From assembly GCF_009914755.1 (NCBI RefSeq), contig NC_060934.1: DNA of 64,000 nucleotides; one strand, 5' to 3'. Shown here one piece after another: positions 54,241 to 64,000 of this stretch. Source of the stretch: the human T2T-CHM13v2.0 reference genome, Homo sapiens. Position numbers and translations under genes: made by a program. Within the stretch, counting starts at the first letter, position 1; every line of letters starts with the position of its first letter. Below the pieces are notes generated by a model. The model made no database searches. It had not been told where the DNA came from and was given only the letters and a program-made list of their open reading frames with translations.

Positions 54241-55438
54241 AGCAGAGCGGCATTAGTTTGCTTCATATGTCTTTTGTATCAGGGAATCAATAAAAACTCC
54301 TGCCTTTTGTTGATGCTATAGGATATTTTATGCCGATGACAAGGGATTTGATTTAATATTCTCTTTAAATAAGATCAACACTGCTGCAGTTATAAACTCT
54401 TCGAAAAACTGTCAAGCCCGTCAATGTAGCATGAAACAAAAAGTTAGCAGCCTGGTATAAATTAGCACGTACAATGTGTCTTTGGGAAGGGTGGTACATA
54501 TTTACGATTGTGTGTTAAAATATATATATTTAGAGATTTCTTTCTGCTCTTTCGACCATAAGTGGGAAATGCAGAGAGGAACATTTCATTACCACCACCT
54601 TCCAAACCGCAAACTTTCTTTGCCAGTTAATGATTTTCTGGGGCAATTCTGAACGTGGTGACATGATATAAACAGGTATTTATGATCTGTGATACAATTC
54701 TTCGTGAGTATGGATTTATAGTTAAATGGTGCAGTGGGAATCCAGCCAGAGATTATTGACAGAGCTTCTAGAATCCATATTTTGTCTGTTTCCATTATTC
54801 ACATACATTTTCTTTTGAGTTCTGATTATCTGTGTAGTCTGTGTTTCCTGGTTTACTTGAGAGGTGAGCATAAGACTTTGAAATTCAAGGGCATGTGTTC
54901 TATATGCTTGGGGGCCATATGTTCTGTACATCTTGACCCTGCACCTCTTCCCCAATATCTTGCCATTTTCATTCAACAGCGATTAGGTTATGTGATTAGA
55001 TCATTCCATCTCTCTTTGGCTTTGTCCCAGATGAACCAAAGTAGGAGCAGAGCTGATGGACAAGAAATGTTTGGGGTGAGCACATGGGTACAGTCGTGGC
55101 AGTGTCAGAGACCTGGGAGAGTCCAGAGCTTCCTAGATGAGAGTTACGCGGCTCCTGGGACAAAGTGAGGCTTTTTCAGAACAGCAGCAGACAAGTGAGG
55201 GATCACTCACGGGCAATGTGGATCATGTTAGCAGGATAGGAATGGATAGGCAAGAGTCTGAGGGGCGGCAAATCTGAGATCAGGTGATCCAGAGAGAAGG
55301 TCTGCCTTGCACACTGGGAAGATTGCAGTGGAGCTGCTGGTGGCATCAGGAGAGCCCTGGGAGGTCACTGCTTCCATGACTGGAGGAGGTCCACTCAGAG
55401 TTGCTTCCAGTGCCGACCCACGGGGAGAAACTACCAGA

Positions 55439-55590
55439 CCAGAGTTTCTTGAAGTATCTTCCCTGGAGGGTCTACATCTTAATCACTTGGGATTTCCATC
55501 AGAATCTGTTGTGAGGAAGCTGAGAATCTGTATTTTATAAAGCTCCCCAGCTGATTTCCATGCAAACCAATAAAGCTTTGAACCATCGCT
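55439..55590. mobile_element. MER5-like hAT MITE
   Basis: cagagtttcttgaagt...atcagaatct...gaatctgtattttataagctccccagctgatt...ttgaacca. Confidence 0.6.
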
Positions 55591-57481
55591 TCACACTTAA
55601 GGAGTCTTTCCAAGTTAGAACAAACTTAGGTCTCCTTTCATTTTTTCCGAAAGAGTTTGGGTTTATATCTGGAGAGAGAGTGATGCTCTTTGGACGACGT
55701 GGGACAGATACGCGTTACTCCACAGGTCCATTTGAGAAAGTGATATTTGCCAGAAAATATACAATATATGTTTTGTTTAGGTTATATTTGTTGTATTATA
55801 GATACAACTTTACATGCAGTTTCAGATATCCAAATTCCCTGATCGTGAACTCCCTGTTGAAAGCTCTTGGTTGGAAGACAGGGTTATATTAATTCTTGCT
55901 ACCTTTCACTGATTACCCTATGCTTGCTCTAACCATTTGTGTTGAAGACAGGATCAAGATATGACCTCTAGTTACTGTCCTAGAAAAATCTCTGCTGGGT
56001 CAAAATGCTGAATCTTCATTATGCTAATAAACACCTTGATGAAAATCGAAGCATGTGGTCCCCATTCCAGCCAATAAATCCATTTGTCACTATTGGAAAG
56101 CATTGTAATTCTTGAATTCCCATTTCTGCTTTCATTTGAATGTTTGCCATTCTTCCTTTTGCCTTAGTCCTACATATGTGAACCATTTAGGAATATGATT
56201 TATGCAGGAGGAAGAGTGAAGAGGTTCCTTCTGGACACTGGGCCCTTGAACTTGAAGATCCTGCTTTTCTGTCTGGAAGACATGGCCCTAATATGCAGTG
56301 GCTCACCAAAGCAGGTATTGATCTTGTTTTCTTGAGAATTCTTCATAGGCATGAGTCACTAGCCAGACCACACATCAGCTGTCATCTGCCCAACATTTTT
56401 GTCATTTTGGAGGAGATGAGTGCAAACTGAGAAAGTCTCTCTGCTTGTTTCCCTGGGTGGTACTTATGCTGTCTGAATGTTCCTTTCTGGGATTTATTAG
56501 TTAGTGATTTTCTTTTCAATAAACACTTGTAGCATACATACTAGTGTGCTCTCCTAAAGGGGGAAATAATTTGGCAGCCTTATCAGCATGTTATTGGACT
56601 TTCGTTTTGTTTGTAATCTTAAGACACCTTTTTCCCACTCAGCCATTCAGCAACATTTTCCCTTCCCCAGCCTTGGCCCCGCCACCTGAAACATTCATGT
56701 TCTTCCTCTAAGACAGAATACCAACCAAGTGCAGGCAGCCGGTTGACACAACCAGATCAAAAGGCTTTGAATTCTGAAAATGATTCCCCTCTTGGTATCA
56801 AGCCCAGTGATAAAAGCAAAGCAGTTGTCATCTTGAAAACAGAGCTGTATACACAGCAGAGCCTTTCCAATTAGCACACTTAAGATGCGTGTTAGAAATG
56901 ATGGGAAGTGGGATGTTACAGAGTGAAATGCAGGTAATAGGGCTTTAAATTTTCATGTTTCAGTTGATTTTTTTCTATTGCAGTTTTAAGAAAATCGTTG
57001 CACATTATTGAAACTCCTAAGTGCATCTTACCATTGCTCTTCTGTTTACAATAATATCTTCCAAAACAACAGAAATGTTGGTCACAAAAAAGCTTGTACC
57101 CATTGGTTTTCCAAGTAGAGGAAGAATAATCTATTATTCAAAATTTCCCTACCATGGATGAACAAATCAGTTTAGGTGGCTTTTCTGCCTGCTACCAGCC
57201 AACTACTTCAATGGAATCCCTGAACTGAACAACCTGGCATTTTTCATGTTCACTAGACTCAGGCTTAGAAATGGAGCCTCCTCACAGGATCCACACAGGC
57301 ATATGGAGAAATTAAAGCCAAATGTCCAGCAAAAACCAATGGGTGTGTTACATAAAGATACCAGAGTTATTTAAATATGTAACTTACTCACCAGTATGTA
57401 GGCTGCTAGAAGTCAGGGGAAACCTATTAATTTTGAATCTCTGGTGTCTAGCATGGGGCAGCATAGAGTAATAATTACAGT

Positions 57482-57897
57482 TGTGGTGGATGTGATTAGT
57501 ACTCACCAATATTTCCAGTTCCCCTCTCCTTTTGTGTACATGGGAGAATTATGCTTTCCTTTCCTCTTGAAGTGAGATGTGCCTTGCTTTGGTCAAATCA
57601 GTGGGAGCAGAAGTGATTTGTGTCACTTCTAGGTATAAGCATTTAAGACCTAGTAAATGGCCCTTCTGTTATGGTAAACCCTAAAGCCTTTTATTGAGAA
57701 AGGAGCATTATAAAATGTTGGAGACTCTGTTAGTTTAGGTCAGTGAATAACTACAGTCACCAGAGCCCCTTTCTACCAGCCAACCCACACTGGACATGTA
57801 GAATGAGAGAGAATTAACCTTTTGTTAGTTTAAGCCACTGAGATTTGGGACTTGTTATTGCAGCCAAAATAATCTAACATATTTTGGCTGATATACT
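57482..57897 (+). mobile_element. MaLR solo LTR (MLT1I/J-like)
   Basis: gagcagaagtgatttgtgtcacttc, ggacatgtagaatgagagaga, tttaagccactgagatttggg...ttgttattgcagc. Confidence 0.82.
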
Positions 57898-58100
57898 AAT
57901 GAACATTTATTCAGTGCTGTGTGCTTCAAGTATTTTTATGTATTAATTCACTTAATCATCTCTATAATCCTGTGAAAAAGATACTGCTGTTATCACCATT
58001 TTGCAGGAGAAGTCACATGGGTGATGAGATGTTTAGTCACTTGCCCAAGATTGTATCTCTAGTAAGGAGCAGAACTGAAATTTGAACCTAGGCAGTCTGG
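57898..58100 (-). mobile_element. MIR SINE
   Basis: acatttatt...ccattttgcag...cacttgcccaag...tttgaacctaggcagtctgg. Confidence 0.85.
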
Positions 58101-58734
58101 TAAATAATAAATGGTGAATGAGAAAGTCAAGATCAGAGAGTGCTTTGTGATTTGCTGCAGCTATGATCTTTCATGTGACATCATTGGAGGAGGTACCGGT
58201 CAGTGTCATCTATCCCAGATCTCTCTGCTACCTGTCATTTTTCCATTATGGTTTCTTACTTTTAGGTCTTGAAAGTTTTCGGCTTTCTATCTGCCTATAT
58301 AATTCACATAGTGCTATGGTGGACAACACTCTGTAATGGTTTTTGGAAAGCTAGGTACTCCACAAGAGTGCATGAAGCGTCAGAGAGGAGGTCTAGAACT
58401 CTGGGAGAGCTAAGGAGCAATCAAGGACTAGAGCTGCCCTTTGGCTGAGGGTTCCTTCATTAAGACTAGTGACTGCCATGTTGTGCTGTGAGCCCAGAGA
58501 AGACGAGCATCCTGTGGGAGTTCCCACCTGTGGAGTTCATCCAGCCTTTCCAAGCAGTAGTGGGAGATAGGATGACTGTGGGTATGCTCAACTGTTTGTT
58601 GCTTCCAAAAGAAGATGAGGGCCAATTTCCCAAAAGGGTAAAAGGAAAGAAGTTGTGGCATAGTCTGAGAGGCTCAAGAGGTTTGATTTTGCTCCTTTGT
58701 TCTAATATGGTTTGGTCAAGGTGGTTTGGTGAAG

Positions 58735-59180
58735 CTTTAGGGAACTTCTTATTGTAAGTAACAGAAGCCCATTCAATGTTGTTTAAGCAAAAAGCAGGAT
58801 TTGTTAAAACAATGTAAAATATAGGGTCCTCTTATGGATCCCCAATCCTGGATGTATAGCGAGTCCTCATGGAGGACTGGAACAAGAAATTGGGAAGCTC
58901 TCTGGAGGCACAGCTCCCTCTTCAACTTTTGGAGGTTATGCAAAACTTCTCTCAATTTTCTCAGTACATTTCAGCTCTTCTACCTGGTTAGTATTCTCTG
59001 CTGTCATAGGTTCAAGGGCAAACATGGCCATGATATAGTACCTGAGCTTATGGATCTTCAGTTCAAATAACCATGAAAAAGTGATTAGAAACTTTAACTT
59101 CCAATTCAACAAACTGGGAACAGAAAATTTGATCCACGTTGCATGGTCTACTCCTGGCCTCATCATCGGTAGTGGTGGGA
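58735..59180 (-). mobile_element. Old MaLR LTR (MLT1M/N-like)
   Basis: ttgtaagtaacagaagccc...ttaagcaaaaag...gatttgtt; heavily diverged. Confidence 0.45.
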
Positions 59181-59319
59181 TCATATCTGACATTTGTTCA
59201 GCAGCATATGTTGATTGCCTAGGATGTGACAATCACTGGGTTATGTGCTGAGGATGTGGAATATGAATAAGGCAGTGCCTCTGTCTTTTAGATTCTCCTG
59301 CTGCGGAGGGGCATGTGAG

Positions 59320-59560
59320 GCCAGAACTCAACCCAAGGGATCCAATTGGACCCATGCCTAACAGTTATAAGGAGCCACATTTTGTTTTAATATAAGGAGG
59401 TTTTAATAGCTACTATTGTGAGATGGTGAACTCACTGATGCTGAAATTATTTCATCTGAGATAGGATGATCATCTCTGTAACAGGATGTTATCTGAATAA
59501 TTCTCTCCTCTTCCAGCAGATTAGACCACATGACCCTTGTTCTTTCCAACTCTGTGATTT
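59320..59560 (+). mobile_element. CR1/L3-like 3' fragment
   Basis: gagatggtgaactc...ggatgatcatctct...ttagaccacatgaccc...ttccaactctgtgatt. Confidence 0.5.
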
Positions 59561-59897
59561 TAAAATAAACCATGTGATACAGTCTGTAGAAATGAAGGGG
59601 GAAAATATGTGCTAGAAGTGGTCAGAAAAGTCTCTTTAGAGTAATGAAAACTTGAATTTATCCCTGAAGAAAGAGAAGGCACATAGACACAGGAGAAACA
59701 ATATATTCCCAGTTGGCATAGTGAAATATGTAAAGACACAAAGACAATGGATGTGGTATGTATAAAAGAGAAGACACACATCTACTTTGTGTCTTTAAGA
59801 AGCTAAAGGAAAATAAGCGTTTGGGAGGGTATTGGAATGATACAATTAGGAAAGTGGACCTATAGCTATAGTATCGGAGAACCAGAGGGAACTTGTT

Positions 59898-60370
59898 TTA
59901 GGTAGAATATTATTTGCTGTAAGAGAACACCCAAGAGAAAGTGACTTAAGCAGGGAGGATATTTCATTATCTCACGTAAGAGTAAGACTGAGTTAAAGAA
60001 TTAAGGGATTGCTCCAGCAGATGACATCAGGGACCAAGACTCCTTCCATCTTTTTTCTCTGCCCATTTTACCATCTTGGCTTGGTGCTTACACTTGTTTC
60101 CTCATAGTCACAGCCTGAGCATGATGGTTCCATGAATTGCAGGTGGACACAACAAGATCTGGAGAAGTGAGAGGGATGTGTCTTTCTGTGCATCCCTTTT
60201 TATTTGAGATATCCTTTTTCAAATGTCCTCCAGAAAATGTCTGTTTGTGCCCCATTGGCCATGGTTAGTCACATACCCACACCTTAGAGTTAGGGGAGTT
60301 AGAGAGGAAGGCAGGCTTTGCTAGTAATGAGGGGGTTTGTGGGGTAAGAGTTGTGGGGTCAGCCACTAGT
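59898..60370 (-). mobile_element. Old MaLR LTR (MLT1J/K/L-like)
   Basis: agtgacttaagca, catcagggaccaagactccttccatctt, cccattggcca...gtcacat. Confidence 0.6.
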
Positions 60371-61899
60371 GGTATTGCTCCCAGCCAGCTCTTGCAGGTC
60401 ATCTTGCCCCATCACTTAGTTTCACTGATAAAGATAAATCATAACTGTCATATGTCAAGTATCTGTTATACACTGGGAACTCTGCAGTATTTTGTTTTTA
60501 CTCTTGGCAGCAACTTTTCCAGGTAGATCATGTCATTCTCACTTACTGATGAGGAGACTGAGTGGTGTGTAGGTGACTCAGATACTTAGTGCCTAGAGAG
60601 ATGAGATCTTATTTGAATTTTAGAATCACAGAGTCTCAGTTTTGAAAAACGTTTTAGCCCAGAACTGCCTTCTTCTCCAGAGGTGCCCAGCCCTACCTTC
60701 AACATCCCTGCCCAGTGGCAATGGAGCCAGCTTTTCAATATTTGCAGAGACGAAAGTTTTCTGACCACTGGTCCAGTGTTCTTTCCAAACCGGATCACTG
60801 GCAGAGCACAGACCTGTCATGGGATAGAGGATAACTGCTGGTTTTCTTCTGTGGTTCCACCTCCCCACCCCTGGGAGGGATCTTTTAAGATACTGGCTGC
60901 TGGCACTAGTGATGTCATGGCAACTGTTATTGCAGGGCACGTTGAAATCCATTAGCAGGCATTCAAGGCTCCTCATGAGTAAAATAGGGGCAATGTAAAA
61001 AAGTTAGTTTGGCTTCCCCAACTTCCTTAATCCCAAGACCCCGTGCCAGGTACTTGTATTTTCTATTTGCTAAATGTTAGTTGAAACAAAGGGCTGTTTT
61101 GTTGGGTTTGTGTTTCCCTGTGGAAAAGATTACTCTAGGCAAATTTTAGAAAATGCTTTTAAAAAGAATCTTGTGTAAGTTGAAAACAGAGGGAAAGAAA
61201 GTAAATGTCTTGATGGCTTTTTATTACAATAAAAATTGTAGTGAGAGCTCTTTCAATTCCCTCCCTCCTCCCATCTACTAAACAAACCTTTGTCTGTGGG
61301 AGGAGGATTATGTTTAAACAAGAGAGCAAGGTGGGAAAGTGGCATTATTTGAGAAGTCCTAGTGCTGATAAGTTTGTGATCAGTGACTTCTTGAGTACTT
61401 GTCAAGATTAAAGAGGTGCTTTAAAAGTAAGAATTTGCTATTGGTGGTTGTGGGAAGGGATTACCTATAGATCCAATAGGAAACCATTTTGAGTCTGTAA
61501 TGTGAAATTTTGGGGAGTAGAGGAGGGTAAAGGAAACAAAATTCAAGCAATGAAAATATTTCTTTTTGGTAGGGGAAATGCTTCTAGAGTTCAATTGCTC
61601 TCCTCAGATACCTTTAAAATTGCCTTACCTTTTTTTGACTATGATAAAAGGACCTCTTAGGCATATGTGCCAATTATCAGAGATTTTCCCTGATAATATG
61701 ATAAATTTTCATACTCCAGTGAAATTTGGTGATTGGCAGGTCATTGGGTTGGCAGTTGTGGTTCTGGTGATGTCCTAGATATGTTGGAACTTGGGATAGG
61801 TCTCTGGAGGACATGATGCAGGTAGCCTTCTGGTAGTCAGGAGGACCCCAGCTGTTTCTCCACATGGCTCCTAAAACAGGCAAGAAAATGGTGGGTCTA

Positions 61900-62058
61900 G
61901 ACCTGTACTGTCAAATATGGTAACTGCTAGTAGCCATATGTGACTATTGAGCACTTGAAAATATGGCAAATTGAGATGTGCCATAAGTGTAAAATACACA
62001 CCAAAGACGTAGTAGAAAAAAGGATGTAAAATATCTCATCAGTAATCTTTTATTTTGA
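61900..62058. mobile_element. MER3 (hAT-Charlie MITE), truncated by the L1 insertion
   Basis: tagccatatgtgactattgagcacttgaaa...aagtgtaaaatacacacc...tgtaaaatatctcat. Confidence 0.85.

Positions 62059-64000
<1,942 letters not shown>

Overview
Primate (human-like) nuclear DNA. It is non-coding and looks like the interior of a large intron or a gene desert. I found no protein-coding exon, RNA gene, CpG-island promoter or CRISPR-like array, and I could not name the locus. All listed ORFs are chance ORFs or translations of Alu/L1/LTR sequence. Roughly half the window is recognisable interspersed repeat: Alu J/S/Y and a FAM monomer, L1 fragments of several ages (a ~7 kb antisense L1M relic at 36.3-43.7 kb and an L1 ORF2 segment at the right end), MIR, L2, CR1/L3, MaLR LTRs (MLT1, MSTA) and hAT MITEs (MER3, MER5, MER20, MER30, MER45A, MER58A, MER63). 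Many of these are nested and retain target-site duplications (TSDs). Between them lie several repeat-free blocks dense in PBX-HOX, MEIS, SOX, POU, FOX and TCF motifs, which resemble developmental enhancers. The most unusual things directly visible are: (1) a ~440 bp, ~97%-identical non-tandem templated duplication (41292-41733 copied to 42215-42659) with junction microhomology; (2) a chimeric three-arm AluS/AluY element inside one TSD pair; and (3) an inverted pair of PBX-HOX sites flanked by MEIS and TCF sites near 25.2 kb. I see no convincing new multi-gene system. Repeat subfamily calls come from remembered consensus sequences, and boundaries of old repeats are approximate.
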